A DNA stretch of 63,995 nucleotides, counting the filler, from Octopus bimaculoides (Eukaryota): the NCBI RefSeq assembly GCF_001194135.2. It is 6 parts of 5 records of this genome, joined end to end, with 100 filler letters (N's around TTAATTAATTAA, not from the genome) between each part and the next. Parts side by side here need not be neighbours in the genome. Positions count along the whole stretch, not along the records: positions 35,311 to 61,586 come from NC_068983.1; 5 more parts are not named here. One strand, given 5' to 3'. This document shows positions 38,895-50,805 of this stretch, piece after piece. How positions within the stretch are numbered: the stretch's first letter is position 1; the number at the start of each line of letters is the position of its first letter. The position numbers were made by a program, and so were the translations under genes. A model generated the notes under the pieces. The model was not told the DNA's origin. It was given only the letters and a program-made list of their open reading frames with translations, and searched no databases.

Positions 38895-39115
38895 AAGGCG
38901 GCGAGCGGGCAGAATCGTTACCACGCCGAGGAAATGTTTAGCGGGGTTTCGTCCGTCTTTACGTTCTGAGTTCAAATTCTGCTCGGGTTGACTTTGCCTT
39001 TCTTCTCTTCGAGATCGATAAAATAAGTACTGACTGAGCACCGGGCTCGATGTAAACGACTTACCCCATCTCTACTCTCCGCAAATTGTTGGCCTTGTAC
39101 CAAAATTTAAAACCA
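38895..39115 (+). mobile_element. SINE family A, type-1 tail
   Basis: AAGGCGGCGAGCGGGCAGAATCG, GAGTTCAAATT, GATAAAATAAGTAC and GGCCTTGTACCAAAATTT. Confidence 0.85.
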
Positions 39116-39196
39116 ATATTAGATTTGTGTGAATTAACAGGAAATAATGGTCAACTGAGTACCTTCTGCGTTGGAAGTGTACCTGAATCGATTAAA

Positions 39197-39450
39197 TCAA
39201 AAAGATCAAAGGTCCTTCACGAACCATCGGCTTATAAGGCCCGTTTCCCGGATTCTGTAGAGTATATATTCCCCGCCTGGACCGAATGCCAGTACATCAC
39301 AGGATTACTCATTTCAGCTGAATGGACATGAGCAGTGTGAAAATGAAACGTTTTTCTCAAGAACACAACGCATCGTCCGGTCCGGGAATTGAAACCACAA
39401 TCTTACGGTCATGACTGCAACACCGTAATCATTAAGCCACGCGCTCCACA
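39197..39450 (-). mobile_element. SINE with a family C head/core and a different tail
   Basis: The reverse complement begins TGTGGAGCGCGTGGCTTAATG..TTCAATTCCCGGACCGG..GTGTTCTTGAG, then diverges from 23401-23712 after AAATGAG. Confidence 0.75.
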
Positions 39451-39907
39451 GTCGATTAAATATCAATCTGATAATTTTCTCCAGCAATTAAACCAATTGA
39501 ACCTTCTCGAAAAATCCCCTATTTTCGATAGAGATTATATTACATGTGATATGTATCTCATATAAATATAAAGGCTTGTATCTCATATAAATATAAAGGC
39601 TTATAGTGAGCAAAGAGAAATTACTCTTGAGAAAATTCGATAAAGTAACACTAGTAAAAAAAAACAATGTAACCAGAAGTTTGATCGGACCTTTAAAAGT
39701 TTAAATATATATCCGGAACGTTCATTAGCAACAATACAAACAATTTTACCAATCGACTTAAGGGTATCTCTTAGAATTCTTCTAGGATTGTCCTAGTCAG
39801 ATATCTTTGTAAGTTTTTGGTACATATTATGGACGTATAATACGAATGTATTTTAATGTTTGCAAAATATACGCAGCGATATTGACAACAGGCACTGTGT
39901 ATGTGTT

Positions 39908-39965
<58 letters not shown>

Positions 39966-40010
39966 TATGTTTATAGATAATTAAATAGATAGATAATTAT
40001 ATACCTACAG

Positions 40011-40057
<47 letters not shown>

Positions 40058-40165
40058 CATGTAAATAATTTTATTTTAAATACTTTTCGATACAATCATA
40101 TGCACATATACACATATGATAGCACACAAATATACATATATACACACACAACCACGAGTGTGTTG

Positions 40166-40235
<70 letters not shown>

Positions 40236-42858
40236 GTGTGTATGTATATGTGTGTGTACATGTACAAATATTTCGTGCATAGGTGCACCTATATATCAAC
40301 AGAGAAATGTATACAAAATATTGCACAAAAAAACATTTCGATCTATCATTAGAATACTGAGACAACAGCCTTATATCAAAAGCTGTTCGTCTGTGTGTAT
40401 GTGTTTATGCGTATGTATGTAGACAGACAGTCACAAACACATGTATATAACTTTAATGCGTTCTTGTTAGGTCTATATATTTTTTTGTATTTGCCTCTTT
40501 ATATCTCTTTGTATTTCTTAATCATTAACATACGCGTAATATAGTTTCAATCAATTTTATTCACTCATAAATAACTTCGTTAGAAATAGAAAATGATTCA
40601 CTCACCTTCGGTCTTTTAGAAATTGATGTTCTCGCGCGTTGTTGACTTTAATAGTTTGCAATTTCACTTGTTCAAGGATTTATTACATTTATTAGATGTT
40701 TTATTAAATGTATTGAAAGTCCTTTTAAAGTAAGATGATTGAACTTTTTTAAATACGTTTAACAAACCATTGTATTTTTTTTTATTCTATACTTAACGTT
40801 TATTCTTTCATTACTTTGTTTTATCAACACATTTGCTTGGATTTAAATTATGTAGATAATTAAGATGTACCGTAGGCATCAAATGTTTATCCTTTAATCT
40901 TTCTTCCTTGCAACCCTATCCACTTTGCAAAGTTTCATGTATACCATATATTCTATCTCGGTATAATTGTAGATGTGTATTTTTCTTCTTTTCTATTTAT
41001 TAATAATTTTTGAGTATTCTGTATCTCTTGATATTCAAGGGGAATGTATTTCGATTATAAACAGAATGTTGTTACTGTTACGATGTAAAAACAACTTATG
41101 ACTGTAAACGCTGAGAAAACTCTTTGACGAAGAAATAAGAAAGGAATCAAGACACTATGATAGCGTGTATTCCTGTCACATACATTCAGAAGGCGCCTCG
41201 TTCTTCCTGTTAAATATGAATATTCAACCAATCAAACAGCACCAACTTTAGCATAATAAATGCCAAGGTGGGGCCTGTCACCGATCTTTTGGCTTTTCTT
41301 TCTTCGATTATTTTATTTTTTTTTTTGTGTGCTCCTTGTTCCTTTTTTCTCTTTTTCATAAACAATATTATTCGTTTTTAATTTCTTCGCCGTTTCCGCT
41401 TGAGTTAGGGGACTTTTAGTTCAGGATTAGTTCGGAATTCGTTTATTAAATATGCTTCGCTTTATTTATACCGAAGTTCTTACCGAAAATCAATTATCTG
41501 TTTGAAATCTCACTCTTTTCCTACTGAACATCGGATATCGTAACACTACCTGCATTTCTTATGGTCTTCTTCTGTCTATCTCCCGTTCTCTCTCTCTTTT
41601 TCTCCTCTCTCTCTTTTTCTCCTCTCTCTCTTTTTCTCCTCTCTCTCTCTCTCTCTTTCCCCTCTCTTTCTCTCTTTCTCTCTTTCTCTCTTCCTCTCTT
41701 TCTCTCTTCCCCTCTCTCTTTCTCTCTTCCTCTCTCCCGTATATGCATGTATTTATGTACATGTATGTATGTGTATATGTACATACATGTGTATATGTAC
41801 ATACATGTGTGAATTTGTGGGCATCTGTGAATGTGCATATATGCGTGTGTATATGCGTGTGTGTATGTGTGTGTGTATGCCTATGTATGTATAGCAACTA
41901 AACGTTCATGCGCACATGAGATCAAATGTAACGTTAAAATAACAACAACAAAAAATACAAAACAGAAAGAAAATTACTTTAGACACAACATGCACAGAAT
42001 CACTCTCGCTGTAGTTATTCGGTTCTGTCTTATTTCGTTATTTATCTGTTTGTTTTGTTCAATAACCACTGCTTTTAGCTCCTGTTTAATCTTTTCTGTC
42101 TTACTGTTTAATCTTTTTTTTTTTTCTTACTTTCCTTTGCCTTAGATCCACTCCAACAATTTATCGCTCATTCACTTCTTTACATCCATGTGCTTTGTGT
42201 TATAGTTTGTTTTCGACTGCTTAATATGTTTATATGTTTCTATCTCAGTCTAAAACTCAATGAGTGTATTATTATTTTATTCCCCCTTTCATGTCCAGGT
42301 ACTTATAAAACAACACCAGCTAATAATCCTCTGTAACAACTACAGCTAAACAACGGCAAGCATATATCGTTATCATGGAATGATTTATTTGCTCTTATAA
42401 TGAAGTGTGTCTAGTTGGAACATTATTTACTACGGCTGAAGCATTGCTACTGCTGCAGCTGCAGATGTTTCTGTATCCCTATTCTTTCATTACACTACTG
42501 TATCTCCAATCCTTACCTCACAACCACTACCATTAAAAACTGCCGACGCCGACGCCGACGCGGTCATCACTGCAGCCGACAATATCACCACCTTCACCGT
42601 TGTCAACGTCAGCGGCTCCACCGCTATCACCACCAACACCAGCAATAGTAGCACCACTGACATCCTCATCATCCTCATCATCCTCAACAACAACAACATT
42701 ACATCATAGTCATCGACTTCTTAATCCACACCGCCATCATCGTCGTCATCGTTGTCGTCGACGTCATTATCGTCATCACCAGAGGTGGTAGCAGTAGGTG
42801 TATTAGTAGCAGCAACAGCAGCAGTTTAAATGTCATTACAGTAGCTGGTAATATGTTG

Positions 42859-42892
<34 letters not shown>

Positions 42893-42983
42893 NNNNNNNN
42901 NNNNNNNNNNNNNNNNNNNNNNNNNNNNNNNNNNNNNNNNNNNNNNNNNNNNNNNNNNNNNNNNNNNNNNNNNNNNNNNNNNN

Positions 42984-43063
<80 letters not shown>

Positions 43064-43084
43064 TAGCCGTATTGCGCGAGTAAT

Positions 43085-43510
43085 GGATGGCAGAACGGTT
43101 AGCACTTGGGACAAAATATTTAGCAGCATTTCGTCCGTCTCCACGTTCTGAGCTCAAATTCCACCGAGGTCGACTTCATTTTCATATTTTCGGGGATCAA
43201 TAAAAGATCGATGTAACAGACTTCCGTCTCCTCTCATAATTGCTGGCCTTGTGCCAAAATTTGAAATCATAATTCATTTAGTTATTCCGGCTTTTTCTTT
43301 AAGTCAACCAACTGGCAGAAATGTTAACACACCGTACAAAATACTACGCGAGATTTTCGTCCATCTTTACGGTCTGAATTCAAATCCTACAACATCAATT
43401 TGCCTTTGCATCGCACCAGAGTTGATAAAATGTAGTACCAGGTAAGTACTGAAATCAGTTAATCAACAAACCTCTCCTTTCAAAATTGTGGCCTTGTACC
43501 TTTAGTTTGA
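43085..43510 (+). mobile_element. Two adjacent degenerate family A SINEs (43085-43270, 43310-43510)
   Basis: TGGCAGAA heads, TTCAAAT B-boxes and GGCCTTGT tails. Confidence 0.7.
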
Positions 43511-43732
43511 TGAAAGAAAAATTATGTTTATCATTAAACCAGTGATGAACAGTGATAACAGAAGTATTACAACATCGAACTTAATGCTTTACATTATTCA
43601 TTCCGGCTGTTTACGTTTCTGCGTTCAAATCTTGCAGGGAATAAATTTGTCCTCCATCCTTCTCCGAAAAATGAAGTACCGGGTCGATTTAATCGATTCT
43701 GTACCGTCCCACAGCGCTTATTTTAGAAATTA

Positions 43733-44008
43733 ATGGCTTTGCGGTTAAAGAAGCTTGCCTCCAAACCATGTGGGCTGGCATTCAGTCTTGCAGCGCAGCA
43801 CCTCGTGCAAATGTCTTCGACTATAGCTCCGCGATTACCCAAACCTTGTAAGTGGATTTGGTTAAAGAAATTTGAAAGAAGTCTTTCATATACATACATA
43901 GATACATCATGTACATACATATATACATACATATACATATATGTGTGTGTGAATATGTGTGTGTATGTATGTATGTATGTATGTATGTATGGGCGCGTGA
44001 GCGATAAA

Positions 44009-44050
<42 letters not shown>

Positions 44051-44336
44051 GCACATACATATATATGCATATGTATATATATATATATATATACATATAT
44101 GCATATATATTTATATATATGCTTTTATATATATATATGGCTGTGTGGTAAGTAGTTTGCTTACGAACCACATGGTTCCGGGTTCAGTCCCACTGCGTGG
44201 CACCTTGGGTAAGTGTCTTCCACTATAGCCTCGGGCCGACCAAAGCTTTGTGAGTGGATTTGGTAGACGGAAACTGAAAGAGGCCCGTCGTATATATGTA
44301 TATATATATGTATGTGTGTTTGTGTGTCTGTGTTTG
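43733..44336 (+). mobile_element. Two family B SINE heads (43733-43890, 44137-44336) separated by TA/TATG repeats
   Basis: TGGCTGTGTGGTAAG..GGTTCAGTCCCACTGCGTGGCACCTTGGGTAAGTGTCTT..GTGAGTGGATTTGGTAGACGGAAACTGAAAG. Confidence 0.85.
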
Positions 44337-44536
44337 GCGATAACTATTAACATCCAGTACCGCTGCCGTAGTCTCCTTTAGAGAGACTTAGAAGTATTAA
44401 TATCTCTATTTCTGAAAACCAGTGGATGAATTCCACTGTAATTAGGCAAATAATCCTTCGCACAGACGGTCAGTAGCGACGCCTGCTGGGTTCGGTTGCT
44501 CTACATTGGTAAGGGGCAATACCCCGAAACTAGTCT

Positions 44537-45066
44537 GCCATTTTAATCCTGAGCAAGGCCGGGTATCTCTGTAAGTCTCCTACACATTTGTGAAAAGGGC
44601 CGACGTTGTCTCACATGCAGTTGTGTAGACAAAAGTGTTAGTAAATGTAGTCGGATTGAGCTGAAAATTTGCACACCTATGTTGAAAGTGCTGGCGAGTT
44701 AGCATGGCAACGTTGAGTTTGCCCAATTGGAAGGCGTAGCCTCTAGGGCAAAATTCCTCATCTTTTAAAATGTGGCCCGCGTAGACCCGAATGAAATCGG
44801 GTTACAATACAGAAACAAGTAAAACAATAATAAACTATTTTAATCCCAAGCAAGGCCGGGTTTCTCTGCTAGTATAATCTCTCTATATAAAAGAGAAATG
44901 GCCGAAAGTTGTCTTTGCGTGTCTCATTTAGTGGCTATGCAGGGTTCAAATATAGTAGGTTCAATCAATCTTTTAGTAAACTTTCCAGTATTTTTTAAGA
45001 CTTTTCCTTTTTCTTAAATGTAGTAGCTCGAGAATAGATCCGAATGAAATTGGGTCAAAGAGCTAG
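44537..45066 (+). mobile_element. Cluster of non-autonomous Helitron-like units
   Basis: The unit at 44878-45066 starts A|TC and ends with the hairpin GATCCGA..TTGGGTC plus CTAG|T. A homologous head lies at 44576. Alternative 3' ends of type CCC(G/A)AGCAAGGCCGGG..CTAG lie at 44537-44575 and 44835-44872. Confidence 0.6.
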
Positions 45067-45078
45067 TATATATAAATA

Positions 45079-46346
45079 CAAGGGGTTTATGAAATGTCTT
45101 GAACCTAAAAAAAAACAAAACATAGTACAAGACTTCTAATGATTTATTTTTCAACATAGTCCCCATCGATGGCTGAACACTTTCTCCACCGGTGCTGCAG
45201 CGCCATTATCCCGGCGTAGAAGAACTCATTTGTTTGGGACTCCAAGAAACTTCCTACAGCATCTATGACGTCATTGTCACTGGCAAAATGGTGACCACCC
45301 AGAGCTTTTTTCATTTTTGGGAATCGATGAAAGTCAGAGCGGGCTACGTCTGGTGAATAAAGTGGATGGGGAACAAGTTCGTATCCACAACCATGAATTG
45401 TTGCCATGGTAACCACTGAGGTGTGGGCTGGAGCATTGTCGTGATGAAAAAGGGCTCCTCTGGTGAGCATTCCCGGCCTTTTTTCTTTGATTGCTTCTCG
45501 GAGACATTTCAGTAGCTGAGAATAATACAGCCCTGTCCCGGTGTGACCCTTTTCAAGGTAATCGATCAGCAAGACACCTTGAGAATCCAAAAAATCTGAC
45601 GCCATGACCTTTCCAGCTGAAAGAATGACCCTGGCCTTCTTTCGGTTAGGAGAAGATTTGTGCTTCCACTGCTTTGATTATTCTTTGGTTTCAGGCTGGT
45701 AGTGATGAACCCAACTTTCGAAAATAGTAATGAAACGAGCGAGAAACTTCTCTTCATCAGCTTCAAACAGTTCCAGATTGCTCGTGTACAAAGTGCACCT
45801 GGTGCATTTCTGTTCAGGAGTCAAAAGGCGAGAGACCCACCTTCCAGAAACCTTTGAGAACCCAAGTTCTTTTGCCACAATGTTGTCTGCTCTTTCAGTT
45901 AAGATGCCCAGTCTTTCGGCTATCTCACGACATGATATTCGACGATCTTGCATTATCATACCAAGAGCAACGTAAGTGTTGCCCTCGGTGGTTCCAGTTG
46001 GAGGTCTTCTTGGTGTGGGATCATCTTCCACACTTTTCCTGCCACACTGGAATTCATTTACCCAGCGTGTGACTGTTGCATATGAAGGAGCATTGTCTGT
46101 TAAGGTTCTCACCATATCTTCATGGATTCCTAATGGTCTCATGACTTTCAAATGAAGGTACTTTCTGACAGCACGATACTCCGTTTTCTCCATTTTCCTT
46201 GTAACCTTGACACCCGTTTCTTCAAAAATCTGCAACCCCAAAAGATTAAAAATCAGAATCATGAAAATGAGCAAGAATACTCCGAAAAGACTACTTACCA
46301 GAAAAAATTGTTTCAGCTCCCTCGCAGCCCCGTTTCTAGATTAGGC
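45079..46346 (-). mobile_element. Mariner (DD34D) transposon, near full length; the other end lies in the N gap
   Basis: TA at 45077-8 followed by the TIR-like CAAGGGGTTTATGAAATGTCTTGAACC, with a transposase inside. Confidence 0.9.
45144..46193 (-). pseudogene. Mariner transposase (about 349 codons) with one premature stop and a mutated first catalytic Asp
   Basis: ORFs 45678-46274 and 45144-45605 are in the same frame, split by TAA at 45678-80. Motifs MEKTEYRAV, RWVSRLL (WVPxxL), ITIFESW (D to F), HDNAPAH and YSPDVARSD, with D-34-D spacing. Confidence 0.95.
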
Positions 46347-46659
46347 NNNNNNNNNNNNNNNNNNNNNNNNNNNNNNNNNNNNNNNNNNNNNNNNNNNNNN
46401 NNNNNNNNNNNNNNNNNNNNNNNNNNNNNNNNNNNNNNNNNNNNNNNNNNNNNNNNNNNNNNNNNNNNNNNNNNNNNNNNNNNNNNNNNNNNNNNNNNNN
46501 NNNNNNNNNNNNNNNNNNNNNNNNNNNNNNNNNNNNNNNNNNNNNNNNNNNNNNNNNNNNNNNNNNNNNNNNNNNNNNNNNNNNNNNNNNNNNNNNNNNN
46601 NNNNNNNNNNNNNNNNNNNNNNNNNNNNNNNNNNNNNNNNNNNNNNNNNNNNNNNNTAT

Positions 46660-46864
46660 ATAAATTAAGAAATGTTGTTAAATGTAGGTGTTATTCAAAT
46701 CTTCATACTTCTGACACATGTTTCGAAGAAAACATTGGTATTATTTCTGAAAGAATAAAAACATTTTATTCCGTCAGAAATAATACCAATGTTTTCTTCG
46801 AAATATGTGTCGGCAGTACAAAGATTTGAATAACATCTGCCTTTAACTCCATTTCTTAATTTAT
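46660..46864. repeat. About 205-bp imperfect palindrome (hairpin MITE-like)
   Basis: Arms include TTTCGAAGAAAACATTGGTATTATTTCTGA / TCAGAAATAATACCAATGTTTTCTTCGAAA and ATAAATTAAGAAATG / CATTTCTTAATTTAT. Confidence 0.9.
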
Positions 46865-47341
46865 CTATGTGATGAAAATCATTTCACTAAACCCTGAAAC
46901 TTCTACCTATATAAGTAGGCTGTAACATCTTTGGCACTTATGTGAATTTTTGCTACTCTGTCAGCTATTTACTTATTTTTTCCGTGTTATTTGTACACAT
47001 TGAAAAATATACACTTACATTTATATATACACACATATATAAGTATATGCATATATATGTGTATATATGTATATATATATATATGTATATACACATATAT
47101 ATATATATATATATACGTATATTTATATATATATATATATGTGTGTGTATACATGTGTGTATGTATGCATGTGTGCGTGTGTGTATGTGGGGGCGCGAGT
47201 GTGGTGTGCACCCAGAATTATATGGTTGGGAAGCAAACTTATCACACAACCACACTTGCGCCTGTGTGTATATATATATATATAAATATATGTGTGTGTA
47301 TGTGTGCAGGCGTGTGTATATGTGAAGGCGTGTGTGTGTGT

Positions 47342-47387
<46 letters not shown>

Positions 47388-48094
47388 NNNNNNNNNNNNN
47401 NNNNNNNNNNNNNNNNNNNNNNNNNNNNNNNNNNNNNNNNNNNNNNNNNNNNNNNNNNNNNNNNNNNNNNNNNNNNNNNNNNNNNNNNNNNNNNNNNNNN
47501 NNNNNNNNNNNNNNNNNNNNNNNNNNNNNNNNNNNNNNNNNNNNNNNNNNNNNNNNNNNNNNNNNNNNNNNNNNNNNNNNNNNNNNNNNNNNNNNNNNNN
47601 NNNNNNNNNNNNNNNNNNNNNNNNNNNNNNNNNNNNNNNNNNNNNNNNNNNNNNNNNNNNNNNNNNNNNNNNNNNNNNNNNNNNNNNNNNNNNNNNNNNN
47701 NNNNNNNNNNNNNNNNNNNNNNNNNNNNNACGCACGTACACACACAAACACACATATACACACACGCACGCACACACGCACGTACACACACACACAGTCT
47801 TCCTTCTCACTCTATCTATCTTTCTATCTATATATCTACGTGTGTACATGGGAATATATCTATAAAATGATTATGGATATATACTCAAATAGCCATGTAC
47901 ATCGATAGATCGTTCTTCGTATCTCATATAATGATGTATTCACTCATAGATCTACGCAATTCATACAGCCATTCCTTTTCTCTTCCGTTCCATATCACTG
48001 CATAGGTATATCTACTCGTAGATCAATACAGATTTCACATCTTTTCTTTCTTTCTCTGTATCTCTTTATCTCCCCCTCTCCATCTCTGTCTCTC

Positions 48095-48664
48095 TCTAAA
48101 TATATACAGTAGGAAACGTCCGAAAACCACACCAACGATATATCGAAACTGAAGGAGCTCAAAACTGAAGTTGTTTATGAGAGGCTGGCAAATATCAGAA
48201 AGGAACACCCTAATGAATATAAGAGCAGCACTAAAGAGCAGTCGTTATACAAGGACCACAGCTCAGATAGAGCGAAAGAAACAAGATTTCATCCACTCCT
48301 ATGCTGTCATCAGACCTCATACTAGCATCCTTGATGCCATCTTTGAAAGCAAACGCAAATAAAAAGATGACACACTGGAAATCGATTGGCCTCAATGTCT
48401 CTCCACAACTGACATCATCATGAAACTCAAGGAATTCAAGTCCGTAATGCAAGCTACATGCTACAAGTTTGTGCCAGAGAGAAAGGCGTCTGCACATAAG
48501 AACGAAATTCCCCAGGAGAGGAAAGTTTTATGAGAGGTGCGTACAAAGATAGCAAACCGCCTAAACAAAGAACTCAATGGCAGTGAATAGTCCTGCCTGA
48601 AAACAACACTGTTGGAGATTGAGAAAAATCTGAAATGCTTCTATGAAAAGAGAGAGGGAGAGAG

Positions 48665-48732
<68 letters not shown>

Positions 48733-49282
48733 CAAAGATGACTGGATAAAAGAAAATAGAAAAATCAAACCCTAGATCTTTCTTTAAGTATGCCAAAGAA
48801 AATGCTTCCGTGCGTTGCATGGTAGGGCCACACCTCCACAAAGATGGTTTCCCCAAGGGAAAGCTAATGAGGATAAGTGATAGACTAAATGAACAATTGA
48901 AAAGTGTTTTACCCCACCTTTACCACACATGCAAGTCAGCAAACTTGTAGAGTTCTTTACCACTATTAATGTAAAAAGGGAGGCCGTAACAATTGAATAC
49001 ATCGTCATCAAGGAAGAGGTAATGCTGGCTATAGATAAGGTAGACGCTGTCTCAGCTGCAGGTCCTGGTGGATTCCCAGCAATCCTTCACGGATCATAAA
49101 AACGAGCCCATGCAAAACCACTACATCCTGTTTTTCAGATCGTCCTTACAAGTGATAAGCTCCTAGGCAAATTGAAGGATGGATCAATATGCCCTATTCA
49201 TAAAGGAGTAGATGCTAAGAATTATAGGTCTATCTCTCTGACTTCACACATCTACAAAGTCACAGAACGAATAGTCCGAAGG
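48095..49282 (+). mobile_element. CR1-group LINE ORF2 remnant (endonuclease-RT linker and RT start), with a (GA)n/(TA)n insertion at 48650-48728
   Basis: NPRSFFKYAK, SAAGPGGFP and ICPIHKGVDAKNYRSISLTSHIYKVTERIVR (about 49190-49280). Confidence 0.8.
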
Positions 49283-49568
49283 AGTTGAGGCAATATACAG
49301 GTGAACTGAGGACAATAATATGCTGAAAAATTCCAAGCCCTGCGCTACCAGCAATCACAGCTGAATGAACTGCAGATAGGATACACTCTCCCAGTGTATG
49401 CTTTCGTCTAGTCGAGATATTTTCTTAGTTCACTTTGAATTTAACCAATTTTGGATTGCCTTCATAACGTTGTGTTAACATGTATTTTCGGCTAGATTAA
49501 TTTGAATGATATTTCCTGTATCTAAGTATACTGGCATAACAGAAACGATCGTCGATATTGTATGGTGT

Positions 49569-49864
49569 GTATCTTCTACTACTGCTCTGTCGTTTACGAC
49601 GAGGGTCCTAGTTGATCCGATCAACGGAACAGCCTGCTCGTGAAATTAGCATGCACGTAGTTCTCAGAGAGATTCAGTGTGACACAGAATGTGAACGGGT
49701 TGGCCCTTTGAAATACAGGTAGTACTCATTTTTTCCAGCTGAATGAACTGGAGCAACGTGAAATAGAGTGTCCTGCCCAAGGACATAGCGCATCGCCGTA
49801 AATTGAACCCACGACCTTGTGATCGTGATCCGAATACTCTAACCACTAAGCGATGCACCTTCAC
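49569..49864 (-). mobile_element. SINE family C with a 12-bp TSD
   Basis: TSD ATTGTATGGTGT at 49557-49568 and 49865-49876. The tail GTTGATCCGATCAACGGAACAGCCTGCTCGTGAAATT matches 60560-60620. Confidence 0.9.
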
Positions 49865-50202
49865 ATTGTATGGTGTAATCACAAATTAAAGATGTGATTT
49901 TTCTCCAACCTTATTTTTGTTGTTCTCATACATCCACATTTCTTGAAATTCTTCTAAACGATATTTGGATCTACATGTCATACACGAAGAATTATTTTGG
50001 ATGTTTATTCTACTTGCGTTTATTAGTATCTGATTGTGAGATACAGCTAACCAAATTCATTTAACACTGATGCTTTGAAGATATCTGTCTGGATTTTTTA
50101 TTCTCTTTTACTTATTATATACATGATGCAAATATGTAATCACACGCACACATACGCACACATACGCACACACACGTACAGACATCAACACATACACAAA
50201 CT

Positions 50203-50259
<57 letters not shown>

Positions 50260-50389
50260 NNNNNNNNNNNNNNNNNNNNNNNNNNNNNNNNNNNNNNNNN
50301 NNNNNNNNNNNNNNNNNNNNNNNNNNNNNNNNNNNNNNNNNNNNNNNNNNNNNNNNNNNNNNNNNNNNNNNNNNNNNNNNNNNNNNNNN

Positions 50390-50441
<52 letters not shown>

Positions 50442-50768
50442 ATGTATGTATTCAAATGTCTATATATATATATATCTGTTTGAAACTCTGTGTGGGCGAA
50501 ATTCAATGTCGATTCAATAGATTAAACATGCTTCTCTGTGAAAGTTAGACATGTACCAACGTAAAAGGATTTATCATAAAATCTTAGCATCAATAGAAGC
50601 AGCTGCAAGCATATGCGTGGTGATGATGACGATGATGATGATGATAATAACGATGATGATGATGATAATAACGATGATGATGATGATGGTGATGATGATG
50701 GTTAAAATCACATTCACCATCATCACCAAATCTACTTATTGAAACGTTAGGGTCATTCTCCATTACCA

Positions 50769-50805
<37 letters not shown>

